A DNA stretch of 64,000 bases from Lytechinus pictus (GCF_037042905.1 NC_087250.1:11596001-11660000); one strand, 5' to 3'. Positions 1 through 13,481 are shown, counted from the stretch's first letter. Notes: generated by a model not told the origin, from the sequence alone. Translations and numbers: made by a program.

Positions 1-94
1 TGCGTAAAATTGACAAAATATTGGTTATCTTCTTACCCAACCAACATGCATGTTCCCATTTTACCCAATATTGGGTAAACCTTTTTTTAGAGTG
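1..94. mobile_element. CAC-ended MITE family A, partial (window edge)
   Basis: TTACCCAATATTGGGTAAA...TTTTAGAGTG|TA, shared with the copies at 9103, 9713 and 18834. Confidence 0.8.
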
Positions 95-3000
95 TAATAG
101 GCTATAACAATAACTATCACAATGATCAATTTCTAAAAATGTATATTATTCGTACTAGATCAAGCTCAAAATTCAAATTTATGAGATAGAAAAAACTATG
201 TATAATTTTATCACTAGATGGACTACAAAAAATGGATAGACTTAGAAAATAGATGTGTAAATTGTTAATATTCTTTTACCTTTTTGAAGCATCAAAATAT
301 AATAATGGAAACATCAAAACATGTTGGTTTCAAATAAAAACAGGTTTAAGTGTTTGTTATGTCTTCATCTCATAACAAACGTTTTCTTATTGAATTTCAA
401 GTGAAATAAATTGTAATTGATTTCAAGTTCAGTATAACCTGTGAAAGCTACGATTCATTCAATTGTAAAAAATATATATCAACAAATAATAGGTATTCAT
501 TTTTAATGTGACTGTTGTCAAATAAATGTGTCAGACAGACAGAGGCATAACAGGACAATTTAAATTGCTTGAAATGCCTTAAAATATTATTTGTTCACAT
601 ACATATTTCTTTTATTTTATCTGTTCTTTTACTGTAGTAAATTAGTTTCCATTTATATCTCTTGAGTATGAGGTCTCTAGTTTATAGTGAATATAGTTTC
701 ACTACACTTTTTAGATTTTACCCAATTCCAAATAAAACTAAAGAAAATCTATGATTGGTTTGTCCTTAACTCCTATAATTTCTTCTTACAAACAAAGGAT
801 AAAAAGTTGCAATTGAACTGCCTTCTAAATGTAGATCAATTCCATTACCCACATATCAAAGTTAAACAATTTTCCAATCTATAGTAAAATGAACGTCTAT
901 TCTTGAAATCTGATCTGTAACTGTAAGTTAATTCCATAAAAAGACAATTTTATTCATTTCAGTATTTTTACTTTGAAAGGGAAACCCATTCATGTCTTGT
1001 ATTAAGACAGCTTGAGAGTGACAAGCAATAAAGCCATACTCATGTTGACTTTCTTGCGTAACTTTTATGTACAAAGCCAACAATATGAGACACATAATTA
1101 ACGTATGAATAGTCAAATTAGCAGCCCCTATACGACCGAGCGAAAAAGCGAACAATATTGGTTCTAAGATGTCGTACGCCGAGCGAGATTGAAATAATAG
1201 CGGACATTGGCGAGATGCGAGCGGAGTCGGGACGGGGAGGCGATAGTGCGCTCATAGTATTTTTTTTTTCTCTCTCTCTTTTCGCGGGTTGTAATTAATT
1301 TCCGCATCGAGAATAGAAGGATGTCGTCTTTCCTCCCTTAAAGAACGAATTAAAAATAAATAAACTTAATATAAAAAGACTTTACATACCAGCTAGATAT
1401 GATAACCCAAAATGTCTTTATACGAATTCGGAATCCAGTCGAAGGTAACAATAATATCAGGCCGGCCATGCGCTATTTCGACATGGTATGAATTCGTCGT
1501 CAGTTGGAAATAAGTACGCACAATGTAAAATCGGTACTTTGTAGCTTCATAATAAAAAAACGCAAAAATCTGTACAAATTAATTATCTCAAGCTTTTAAT
1601 CATATTATTGTTGATAGAACGAATTCTAAGAATTTGGTTAGGAACGCATTTCTCAAAACTTGTGTACCTGGGAAACAAATCACATAGCAAATATCCGCCC
1701 GTTGTCATGATAACGGTCCTAACCTAACGTTGACTATTTTTTAATGGAGGAGGCATTAATTTTGGCGGCTTTGGACGGCAATCTGAAAACTTACTTCATC
1801 ACAGATAACGTAATAAGACAAACAAAGATGACTCGACCGGTTTAAAAGGTTAAATGCATTCCTTTTGATCTCGTGAATAAGGACGAGTTTGGAAGAAGCC
1901 AAACAAACAATATCACTCCATCATAATTATGAAAAAAATGACAAAAGAATTTGTAGAGATAACTATGAATATTTCTACAAAGATAATTAAATCTGTGACA
2001 ACTTATTTACATTTCCATGACAATGAATAATCTCTAATCAAAATAAATACAAGAACAAGCTATGAAAATAAAGTCGGCACCATTTTCATGTCAGAGCGAT
2101 GGTGAGAAACAGAACTCATCGATGAAGCAGAAAAAAATGAGCGATGGTCGTACACGCGCTTTGCGTAAATTCGCCTCGAAGCCATAATAAAATTAACGCG
2201 ATTAAAGAAAAACAGTTCTTAATTTTGCTTCACTCGGGGCGAAATTCAATCAGTGTCGGCGAATTTTGATTTATGGCAAGAGCAAGAAAGAAAAGCCAGT
2301 GACTAGCCAGCGCTAGTACTGTATAAAACATCTAAATCTGTCAAGCAAAGGGAAAATGTAAACAGGAATTATAGATTGATAAAGATTTTAGCAATAAATC
2401 GAAGCACGGTGTTCAAGTTTCGGAAGTTTTGAACACGCGCGCAAGAGAAAGGGGAAAACGGAGCGGCGGGGAGGAAAAATTGATTTCAGATTTCTGTCAA
2501 AATCAGATCGATTTGAAGGGAATTTCCTTTTTGGAAGACATGAGATGGCCCTTTTATCAAGACATAAAATCGTTGACCGTCTTTATCGCAGAGTTCAAAC
2601 ATAATATTTACAGGATTCATTATGTTTTTTTTATCTGGAAGTCTGGACTTCATTGGTTTCCATGGCGATGTTTATCTGCTGCTATAAACAATGCCTAGGT
2701 GATATGGCAATGTCGTGGTTTAGTGCGGCGGTATAAAAGTAATAAACAGAAGTTTTCCACTGCTTTTGTGAAATAAAAACGTATGTAAAAATGAAATTAC
2801 TTTTGAAATCTTCGTTCTTTTCTTTCTTCACTTTTTCATTCATGAAAATACTTCTGCCAACACAAAGTTGTCTATGATGCCTATATTTGTTCACATAATA
2901 ATGATAAATTTATGCTTTACAATAATTTTTCTTAAATCAAGTTTCACCATTTGAACACATACATTGACATCACATGGAACTGAATAAGAATGGAAGACAC

Positions 3001-3349
3001 TGGACCAATACTATATTTTTGAGATAAAATAATTACATGTATTCTGTTAGTATATTGAATGTGGTTCAGGTTGTTGGACAAAGAATATGATTTTCAAAAT
3101 AAATCTCAAATTCGTAGACCTATGGTGGATAAAAGGGATTAATCAACACAGTCATTATTTGGGATTAATAAGTTACCTTGAAGTTACCTTGATGGCCACA
3201 TCTCACTGTTTTCACGACGAGGGTGTACAGATGAGTGTGGCAGGGTTAAGGAGGCTCTTAGAGCCCATTTAAAAACCCAATATTGATAATAATGTTAATA
3301 GTAAGTAGTTAGTTAGTAAAAAGTTTTAGATGGTATTTTATCGACTTAC
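1..3349 (-). other. Intron of onecut between the CUT exon and the homeodomain exon (extends beyond window start)
   Basis: GTAAGT donor at 3349-3344 on the minus strand. No CKRKE/homeodomain-coding ORF is seen in 1-3349. Confidence 0.88.
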
Positions 3350-4400
3350 CAGCTAATCTGAGCGCCGACATCCTCTGGAATTCTGGTTCTTGGAGCCACT
3401 TCCACATCCTCCTGAAGGTTTCCCTGCCGCTCTTGAGTTTACTCCAGGGTTTGGGGTTCCTCAGGAGGTCAGACAGTGTCCCTTGACTCCTACACAAGAC
3501 CCTTTGGGCAAACACGGCTTGGGGTATACTGTATCTTTTGAGTTCGCTCGTTACCCTCGCTGCGATTTCTTTCGTGTTGATCTCCTCCCCGGCTTGCCCG
3601 GTGTCCCTGGACGAAACGGAGCTTCGATCACCGCTTCGACTTCCAGGTGGCGGTATCGACGGTGACGGTGCGTGATGGGGGTGACCGGCTAGTCCGTTCA
3701 GGACCATAGGCGTGGTTAGACCAGTTCTTTGGGTATGATGATGCGTGAAGCCCCGCATATGTTGGGCGTTATGGGTGAATTGGTCATAGCCGTTCATGGA
3801 CGCGGCATACCGGGGCTCGCTCGGCGAACAGGTGCCGTGGTGGGGGCTACCATAGCCCCCCATCGCCTGATGATGTCCGTAACCGTTTAACATGGAATTG
3901 GCAGCCATTGACCCGCCGACCCCGACACCCATCCCCATATTCATACCTCCAAGTTTATCGTAGTTATTCATGGCGAGGTTCGAACTGTTCATCAGCGAGA
4001 ATCCCGTGCTAGCGTTCGTATCATGTCTCAATTTATCGGCGACTGTATTAATAGGCGGCAGCGGCTGAAGAGGGGTTAACGTCGTATAACTTCCAGACGA
4101 CATGCTATTAATACTCGGCGCTCCTTGAAATGTATTCATGCCAAGCGCCGATCCCATGCCATATTCGGCGGCCGAGGCCCCGCGAAAATCTGGCTCCAGC
4201 ATGCCTCCAAAGCCGGTAAAGCTCCCCGAGCGGGAGTGGCGACTCACAGCGAAATCCGTGGCGCTGAAGAAATCGCCCGGGTTGATGCCGGGTGCTGTTG
4301 AAGACGAACTGGTTTCAGGAACACTGTGCAAAGATGCAGCCGTAGCGCTGTCACTAAGAACGCCACTTGTCTCTAAGCCGACTAACTCGCTAGAAAGCAT
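3350..4400 (-). CDS. onecut: ONECUT/HNF6-class CUT-homeobox transcription factor, first coding exon (N-terminus, STP box, CUT domain); continues in an exon outside the window
   Basis: The ORF encodes the ONECUT STP box (SYTTLTPLQPLPPI) and a CUT domain (EEINTKEIAARVTSELKRYSIPQAVFAQRVLCRSQGTLSDLLRNPKPWSKLKSGRETFRRMWKWLQEPEFQRMSALRLA). A canonical donor G|GTAAGT follows 3350 (intron starts at 3349, phase 1), at the intron position known from other onecut genes. Confidence 0.97.
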
Positions 4401-5400
4401 TTGTACTACTGGGCAGGGGCGGTTAGCGGCGTTCGCAAGCGCGAGCCGCTGGACCTCAAGATTCGAAGAAAATGATAATAGATGATAAAATGATAATGTG
4501 ATCGCCTACGCCAAGTTCATGGCCTCGACCAGCGCACGGACGTACGCGTGTGTGTGCTGTGTGTCGGCCAGTAATATTCCCTCGCAAGTCCTTCGCGTCT
4601 TGGCGACCAATTTCTTCCAAGCGACTACCCTTCTCCTTTTTTTTAACGAAACAAGCTCGCTCGAGGAATCAGCTGGCAGCGAGCGAATTGTTGACTCAAA
4701 CAACCCCCAGCGAAGTCGGCCCTGGTTAGCGCGAAGTCCCCTGCTCTTCTTTTAATACACAGAAAAAGAAAAAGGCATTGGTGTAGAGAATCCGTATTAT
4801 TATCACAAGCCCCCCTCACAGTGGCTCCACTGGTAGTATTTGAAACACTGCCGTTAGATGACTCACAACGGAGAAAAATTATTCGAGACGACGAAGAAGA
4901 ATATATGAAGAAATATTGCTTGGCTGGTCGCTAGGAGAAGAATTCCTTTTCGTAGACAGTGAATTAACGAGGCGTGATCAGTAAGCGAGGCACTGGGAGC
5001 GTAGCCGCTTCGCTTAGAATCCACTTCGTATTTAGACAGCTGTATTGGGTCCCGTACAAAACGCGCTAGATTTTTTGTTCTCACCCTGCCTCGACCCCTT
5101 AAAAACTCGAACTGGCTTCAACTATCAGAAACCATACACATCTATTGTAATAACCCGGTTCCCCACTCTCTATCTCCCTCTCTCCCACTCAATAACATTA
5201 CAACAAACCCCACTATGGGATTCAGTTCACTCAACCGTGTATTGAACCTCTTTGTTACGTTTCCATCGCGCATGCGCTATTATCTCTCAAACTACCTGTT
5301 CAAAGTAGCAATTCTATTGTGTTGAGTTTGTGTATGACAACTTGGTGTAATGGATTGCGGGGCTATATAGTTAACAAAGCAAAGGCTTAAGTTTTGAAGA
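4401..5400 (-). promoter_or_regulatory. onecut 5' UTR / proximal promoter region (TSS not determinable)
   Basis: CpG-rich, repeat-free sequence directly upstream of the ATG. Palindromic NRF1-type site GCGCATGCGC at 5268-5277. Confidence 0.6.
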
Positions 5401-8400
5401 GAGGATATTCTCGACCAAAACTGTTTTCCTGTAGTGTGTTTGGGTTCGTACGAATGTGCCATCATCTCCCCGGCATCTCCCAACATGCCCAAGAGAACTT
5501 GAAAATGGGGGAAATGTTTGTTTTATTAATTAGTAAGGGTGTGGAGAGAACTTCGACATGTTTACATAACGGAATACAGTATAGCCGCTTAGGGTCAAAG
5601 TTAAATTCAATTTCGACGATGGGATGTGGACATTTGGTTATATGCAAATAGAAGGACGATGAGCGTGCATTATGGTCATTATGGTAAAAGGACAGTTGAT
5701 GATGGTGATAATAGTGGTGGTGATATTGATAGTGGTGGTGGTGGTAGTGATGATGATGATCAGATGATGATGATGATAATGATGGCAGTGTTGGTAATAA
5801 AGATAGTGATGATGATGATGATGATGATGATGGTGATGATGGCGGGGATGGTGACTATGACACTGTCGTACAGATGGGGAGGGGGTCTTAATTGGATCCA
5901 TGCCCCCCCCTCCCACACACACAAAAAATCACGACTCTCAAAAAGGAGCAACAAAAAGAAATTGAAAGGGCAAAAACGAAATACGATAGCATTTTCTGAA
6001 TAGCATGTCACAAAATTTATCACAAAATCAGATTTTTTAATTCAGCTGGTCAAATTTGTACTCACTCGCTTTGCTCGCTCAAAGCTCTACTCAGATGTTG
6101 CACCATACCATATATGGCCCCTCAAAGTCTGTGGCTTATTTCTCCACTCAAGTAGCATGATGCTGATGGGCGTGATGGTTAATTATTTATTTATCAGAAG
6201 TTTCAGCCCCCCCCCCTCAAAAAAGAAGAATGCTCGTATTCCGGGTCGCATAATAATAAAATAAATCACATAAAGCCACCATAAATTATCGTCATAATCA
6301 TATCATTTACGATTTTCCTTGAATATTTTATAGGTTAGGCCTTTTCATGCTAATGGTAGCATTAATCATAATTTGCATAAGTTTGTTCACCAAACTTAAT
6401 CGCTTTGCAAGCTCGCAAAATTTATGAAATAATACACTTTATCTAAAACTCAACCCCTGTCAAAATTGGTGGTGCTCGTTGATAGTCTTATTCCTTCATT
6501 CTTCTTTCCTCCATTTCTCAATTTTCCCTTCTTCATTTTTTTTGGAGGGGAAGTTCACCATGAAAAAAAGTTAAATGTAAAGAATACTAGAAAAAAATTA
6601 TTAAAGATGCAGGTGAAGGTTAAGGTAAATCCATCAGAAATTAAGAAAAACATTATAAATCTTTAGATTTTGATTTGTGACGTTATATAAAAAAGTTTTT
6701 TTTCTATCAGGAGAAGATGTGAAACAGTTATGTGTTGATATACTCACGGTACATTAACAACATTTCAATATATTTTTCTTTGAGAAAATGACACTTCATT
6801 TACTTTTTTACTACACGATAGATAGAGAAGCTGTTCAGGGCCCTTGGAACGTTTTTTTTTCTTTCTTTTTTTCAGGGGGTGCTGATTTAAATTTGATAAT
6901 GAAAAGGGGGGTCCAAAAAATGAGGTTCAATTTTATTTCGGAAAAAATTGACAAGCAAAAAAAAAAATAATAATAATAATGTTTCACTAAAAAATGAATG
7001 CTTTTTTGGTCCACAGAAATTTGACAAGCAAAACAAAAAAGGTTTCGCTAAAAAATGAATATTATATTTGTTACATTTGTCCTTTTGTCACACCTGTCAG
7101 AATTCCATGGGGTGCTGCCTATGGAGAATGATAAACGCAGCACCTACCCCCCCCCCCGGAAATCTCGAGGGGGTGCTACATCCCCAGCACCCCCTGCTTC
7201 CCAATGCCATGAAGATATTCGCATATGATGTCACAATTCTAATACTTTTTCGAAAATATTTGATGATTTTCCTCAAACCAACACTAATATTTATAATTTT
7301 TTCTCCTGTTATTTTTTGCAATAAACTTTTGGTCAGAGTAAACTCCCTCTTTACCTCATTAGATAACAAAGGCGAGGGGTGACCCCACACGTTATATTTT
7401 TTTAGATTTCTTTTAAAGGGGCGGCCCTACTTCTATACGACTACAAGCGTAAGCTACAAGAAAAATCGCCCAACGTTACGACGCTAGTTACCGAAAGAGG
7501 GACAGAAGAAAGTCTTTTTCGGGGGGCAATCTTCTTTTGTCCGCTATATACCATTACGACGTCGGCTCGGCTGTTGAGTATAGCACTCGGAAATCCGTAA
7601 TGGACATCGAGTTTCCGAGAGTGGGTCCGGGTCGATCGGGGGAAACACGTGGAAATGTGTTTTTGATGTAAGGAGCAAGGGGGAGGAATATTTTATATTG
7701 AAAACATACAATATGATGGTATGGAAGTGTGTCATGTGTTGGATGTAAAGTATAGGGTCTCGGAAGGAAACGGGGAAAGTGCAATTGTTGGATGAGAAAA
7801 GAAGAATGAACGTATGTAATGTTTTATAAGGATGAAGAGGAGAAGAAGAAGAAGGGAAAAAGAGAAGAAGAAAATAAGATGAAGGAGAAGATTAAGAGGA
7901 GGAGAATAAGAAGGAGGAGGAGGGGAGGAGTAGGAGAAGAAAGGGAGATGAAGGAGAAGAAGAAGAAGAAGAAGAGAAAGAAGGAGGAGGAGGGGAGGGA
8001 GAAGAAAAAGACGAAGAAGGAGGGGAGATGAAGGAGAAGAAGAAGAATAAGGAGAGGAGAAGAAGAATGACAAGAATAAGTAGAAGAGAAGGAGGATAAA
8101 GAAGAAGGAGAAGGAGATAAAATAAGAAATAGAAATAGAAGAAAAGAGGAGGGGGACGAAGGAAAGGAGTTAGAGAAAAAAGAATAGGGATTCTAAAATG
8201 TTTTTCCATCTAATATTGTTCTCTTGTTCTTTTTCATGTGTATTTTATTTTCAATACTAGCAGTGCCTAACCACTTATCGTGCTTACACTGGTCTTATTA
8301 TAGTCATTTTATAAAACTACCAGGCCCACAAATGAGCTTTAAATTGGACAACACTTTCCTTATCCTAAAAAGAACGAATTAGCTTGTAATTCCATCCAAT

Positions 8401-8599
8401 CCCTGAGCTTATACCGCTGACATATGTTCCAACACATAAAACTAACCAATTACATTCCCACGAAGAGCTTCAACAAATTGATCCCCTCCAAAACGCTTTG
8501 AAATACACCAGAAACCCTCAAATGCTAATTCCATGCTTACTAAAAACGCATTTTGTAAATAAGGAACGGGGATAGAGAGATATGTTGTCAAAATTCATG

Positions 8600-9080
8600 C
8601 ATTGTCCCGCGATCGTAATCAGCTTTGCGATATCGATTGAGCGATAATGACTTTGAGACTCGGAGATCGATATAACTGGGGAAAAGATCGATACCCTCTC
8701 ATGGATTACGCGAGTTCTGTTTTAGGATTAGTGGGGTTACATTTCGATCTGTTTAAGCGGGCATTTCCGTCCGAAAACAACTTCAAATGACGATCAAACT
8801 GAACGAATAGAGAAAAGAAAATTTTTTAAATATTCACCTATTAAAATGGAAAGAATTATGTTTTGGTCCAAACGTTTTCGACAACTTTTTGCATTTATAA
8901 TTATCAAGAACGTATTGTTTTAATGGCAATCAACCATACAAAGTTAGTTGCGTGCATCGTAAAAAGAAATAGGGCGATATCGATAGATATCTAACTGTCC
9001 ACCGGTACATATCGAACTTGGATCTAAATCAATAATTTGATCGAAACATGAACATTCTTTTCGGGTCATCATCGATTGCC
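8600..9080. promoter_or_regulatory. Candidate enhancer with clustered ONECUT-type sites
   Basis: ATCGAT at 8632, 8666, 8687, 8979 and 9071; AAATCAATA at 9026; GGATTA at 8703 and 8725. Confidence 0.5.
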
Positions 9081-9102
9081 TTTATTATGTTCTAGACAGA
9101 CA

Positions 9103-9324
9103 CACACAAAAAAGATTTACCCATTATTGGGAAAAATGGAAACATGCATGTTGGTTGGGTAAAAAGATACCAAATATTTTGTAAATTTTACGCAATGTTG
9201 CTTTGAAATTTACCCATAAAAACATGTATTTTGCCCAATATGGGGTAAAAAAAAATTCCAGCAAACATGCATATTCCCTTTCTACCCAATATTGGGTAAA
9301 ATTTTAGTCAGTGTTTTTAGAGTG
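9103..9324. mobile_element. CAC-ended MITE family A
   Basis: AACATGCATGTT and TACCCAATATTGGGTAAA motifs; ends TTTTTAGAGTG. Confidence 0.82.
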
Positions 9325-9409
9325 CATGGAATGATAAACACCGTTATATGTAAAACAATTGTGTATTTTTTCATCTTCTCTAAACAATGATGATGGTAAT
9401 AATTATAAT

Positions 9410-9652
9410 GTTCAACATTTATATAGCTCTTAATACAATGTTTCTAAGCGCTGCATACTATTAGCATCCTGATCGGACGCACGAGCATTCAAGGAACTCC
9501 TTCCTCCCGGGTACCCATTTACTACACCTGGGTGGAGAGTGGTAAATGTAGTTAAACGCCTTGCCAAAGGACGAGAGTGCTTGCGGTGGGATTCGAACTC
9601 CAGACCTTGTGGTTAAGAGTCAAGAGATTTATCCACTGAGCCACAACACCTC
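9410..9652 (-). mobile_element. tRNA-derived SINE
   Basis: The reverse complement has A box TGGCTCAGTGG, B box GAGTTCGAATCC and the CTCTCCACCCAGGTGTAGTAAATGGGTACC core. Confidence 0.85.
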
Positions 9653-9712
9653 TACATATCCCTTTCCTTCCATGAAAACGTTTCCCCCGTAAGCTTCTTT
9701 ACACTTCTACTG

Positions 9713-9914
9713 CACCCTATAAAAACACTGAATAAAATTTTACCCAATATTGGGTTAGAAAGGGAACATGCATGTTTGCTGGGTATTTTTTTACCCTATA
9801 TTGAACTCTTTCAACGCATCATTGCGTAAAATTTACAAAATATTTGGTATCTTTTTACCCAACCAACATGTATGTTCCCATTTTATCCAATATTGGGTAA
9901 ACTTATTTAGAGTG
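9713..9914. mobile_element. CAC-ended MITE family A (inverted relative to the 9103 copy)
   Basis: Its start matches the reverse complement of the end of the 9103-9324 copy. Confidence 0.82.
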
Positions 9915-12242
9915 TACGCAGCAAAAAGTGTGTTGTACGACACCAGTCATTTTACCCCGATGTTAAATATGCGGTGTTTAATCAAAACCCATGCACGTTA
10001 TTATAGCACCTTTGTATTGTTTTTACTTTAACTCTCTTTGGTGTTATATTCATACTGTAGGGTGCTATGCTAACATCTTAGGGCGTGGTCCCCTAGTGAC
10101 AGACACTGGTGTCAATTTTAAAACCCTGGACCTTTACACCTTTTCTTTACTCTTGTTTATATTTTCACACAGCTGGTAAAGGTGCTTATATTCCATGCTA
10201 GATACCTTTGTACTGTTGTAGGTAAAGTTCTCCTAAAGAAGTTCCTACAGCATTAATCTTACTACAACGTGTAATGTTACATGTATTGTGTAAAATTTGA
10301 AAAAAATATGTATTTGGTGCATGAAACATGAGAATGTTTTGTATTATCCCCTTAAAAACAGACCTGTCCTGTTAAATTGCACATAATTTCAGTTTAAAAC
10401 AATTTATATAATGATCCTGTAATTTTTTTGTAAAGTCTTTTGTTTTCTTATGTTTTCAACTGTGTATCAACCACGCGCAAAGAGGGAGAGAGAGAGAAGA
10501 AAGGATACAGTGAAGATTGTACTCCAATAAAAGTTAAGAGGAATTAAATTTGGAAAATATTACGAATTTTCTTACCATATCTTAAGTCCTCAGTCTGCCC
10601 CCATTTTCCCTATCCATCCATGTCTTCCACGCCCCCCCCCCCTCCTACCCGCTGTTTCTCACTGGAACTTTCTCATGGTTTCTGTATTTTGTTCATATAG
10701 ACAGTTTAATTAATTCCTTTGTCAACCCCTCATCATACCAGTTGATGAGCTCTAAAAAATACCTGTTTCATTTCTAAGACGATTAGGCATTTATGGGGGC
10801 AATTCTTTACCCCCTCTGTGGGGTCAATTCTTTACCCCTCTACCACAAAAAACAGATCCGTAACAAATGCTTAATCCCCTTGTCATCCTATTCAAATGAT
10901 CCCGGGAAACAAGAGTGAATTTAACCAACAAAAACTTTTCTCTTGGCTCAGAAAGGTTTTCTCTTGATAAACCCTGAAAAGCGAAGATGAGAAATCATGT
11001 ATTTACAAAAGACCGGAGTACCTATGAAGATAAAGAACGCGAAATAGTTCTGCGGCGAAGCGCAAAATGTTGTAGTAGGGTCTTTCAAAATTCGGGAGCG
11101 TGAACGAAGGATTAGCGGATTACACGCCGGAGAGTTGTGGGAGAACAATAAGCATATACTCGTTAATACAGAAGATCTCCTTCGGGGGAAAGGGGGTGAG
11201 CAATTTCCCCCCTTTCTTCTTATTTTCAATAGAAGATCCTACGATGATTAGGGTGACGTGGCATTAAATAAAGTCCCGAAGCTCAAATTCACACCAAGGT
11301 TTAATTACTTATTTGTTACTGGAGATGAAATCGCTTATTTCTATAGTATATATCAAGAATGTAATTTCTGCCAGGATGCACGACTAAATCTGTTAATCTA
11401 TTATAATCATGATTATGTTACATGGACAAACATGATGGGTACCATAATACACGGAAGATATATGTGACAGTCAAAATTATTAAGTTACACCTATTATTAT
11501 TCTATTTAAGGTTACACTCTGAAAATCATAAAAAATAACATATTCTTCCACCATTTCTGAAGATAACTGTGTAAGAAAATTTTGAGCATTAATTTTGTTA
11601 TAAAACATGTAAAATGTCAGTAGTAAATTGTGAAATAAGCGTGATGAGAGACATGTAGAAACATGAATGAAAGAGAGGATATACCTAAAAACATATATGG
11701 AAAATTTAGACTTTTTTTTCTTTCAATCTTTATTGAAAAAAAATAATCACAGTACAAATCAAACAAATCAACAAGCTATATATTTACACGATCAAACAGA
11801 GCAGCACTTACTAACATGTAGGTATATACTTGTCAAGACAGATACATAAAACAAATTAGATATCAAATCTCCACGTTTTAAAATGTACAGGTAATTTACC
11901 ATTTTTCTTCGCCAAAACATATTCAATATCCTTAATACCTTTGATACGAGCTTTGAATTCCACAATATAGGGGGTTTTGTTATTAAATTTACTGGAAAAT
12001 GTAGACTTTTATTTCATCGACCTATATGAGTTTTATTTGAAAGACACTCACACTGACTGAAAAACAACGAAGAAAATGATTTAAAAAAACAAAACAAAAA
12101 AGAGTAACGAGTAAGGAGAAGACAGAAGTGGTGCAATAGTCAGCAGAGCAAAATTTTAAAGAATATGAGAAAGAAGGAAAAAAAGACCGATAAAAGAATT
12201 ACGAGGACCGGGAAATAAGAACGTAAAATAAAGTAGAATTAA

Positions 12243-12836
12243 AGGTCAAGTCCACCCCAGAAAATTGTTGATTTTAATGAATAGAGAACAATCAAACGAG
12301 TAGAATGCTGAAAATTTCATCAAAATCGGATGTAGAATAAGAAAGTTATGGCATTCTAAAGTTTCCCTTATTTTTCACAAAACAGTGATATGCACAACTC
12401 AGTGACATGCAGATGAGTCGTTCGATGATGTCTATCACACACTATTTCTTTTGTTTTTTATTGTTTGAATTATACAATATTTCAATTTTTACAGATTTGA
12501 CAATAAGCACCAACTTGACTGAACCATATATCATTAAACAATGCTAATTCACATGTTCAGGGAGGAATTAATTGTTATTTCACTTGACAATGAGGGAAAA
12601 TGAGAATATTTCATATAATAAAATACAAAAGAAATAGTGAGTGGGGGACGTCATCAGTCTCCTCATTTGCATACCGACCAAGATGTGCATATAACTATTT
12701 TGTGAAATTAAGCGAAACTTCAAAATGTCATAACTTTCTTATTTTACATCCGATTTTGATGAAATTTTCAGTGTTATGTTTTTGGGATTTTTCTATTTTA
12801 ATTCAAATTAACTTTTTGTTGGGGTGGACTTGTCCT
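12243..12836. mobile_element. Kolobok-like non-autonomous DNA transposon
   Basis: TTAA TSD (12239-42, 12837-40), termini AGG.CAAGTCCACCCCA / TGGGGTGGACTTG.CCT, and long subterminal inverted repeats. Confidence 0.85.
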
Positions 12837-12984
12837 TTAAGAAAAAGAAGGATAGAACAACAAGAACGGGAGAAAAAAGAAGAAGATGAAGAAAAGAATA
12901 ATATAATGATGAAGAAGATGATGATGGAGAAGAAAAATAAGATGAATAATTAAATAATCCTAATCCTAATAACCCTACTATACT

Positions 12985-13255
12985 GGGCGCGTCGCGGTCT
13001 AGTGGTTCTGACTCTCGCCTTTCAAACAGAGTGTCGTGGGTTCGAATCCTAGCCATGGCGTGTTTTCCTTCAGCAAGAAATCTATCCACACTGCACTCGA
13101 CCCAGGTGAGGTAAATGGGTACAGGCAGGAAGTAATTCCTCAAAAAGCTGTGCGCACCAGAATCGGTATAGACTAGCTTAGCCGGGGTGATATAGGAGCC
13201 CTTGAGCACCTAGCAAGGTGGATACGTGCGCTATACAAATCCTATATTATTATTG
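12985..13255 (+). mobile_element. tRNA-derived SINE
   Basis: A box (GGTCTAGTGG), B box (GGTTCGAATCC, 13039-13049), CACTCGACCCAGGTG..TAAATGGGTAC core, GCGCTATACAAAT and TAT tail. Confidence 0.85.
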
Positions 13256-13441
13256 TTACTACTACTATACTACTAGTAATATTGATAATAGTAATCTTAA
13301 TAATAATGATAATAATAATAATAATAATAACACTAATAATGATAATAATAATAATGATAATAATGACAATAATAATAACAATAATAAAAATAATAATAAT
13401 GAGAAGAAGAAGAAGAAGAAGAAGTGAAAGATGAGAGGGTG

Positions 13442-13481
<40 letters not shown>

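Noticed and set aside
3309..3349. C-terminal GKSIKYHLKLFTN of the 363-aa ORF
   Set aside because: Read-through into the intron past the GTAAGT donor.
10793..10842. Two ~26-bp direct repeats suggesting a CRISPR-like array
   Set aside because: Only two adjacent copies with no spacer, in a eukaryotic context. This is a simple tandem duplication.
12985..13060. tRNA-like sequence (also at 30502, 45710, 57190, 58195)
   Set aside because: A/B boxes are present but there is no paired acceptor stem, and most are followed by SINE bodies. These are not tRNA genes.
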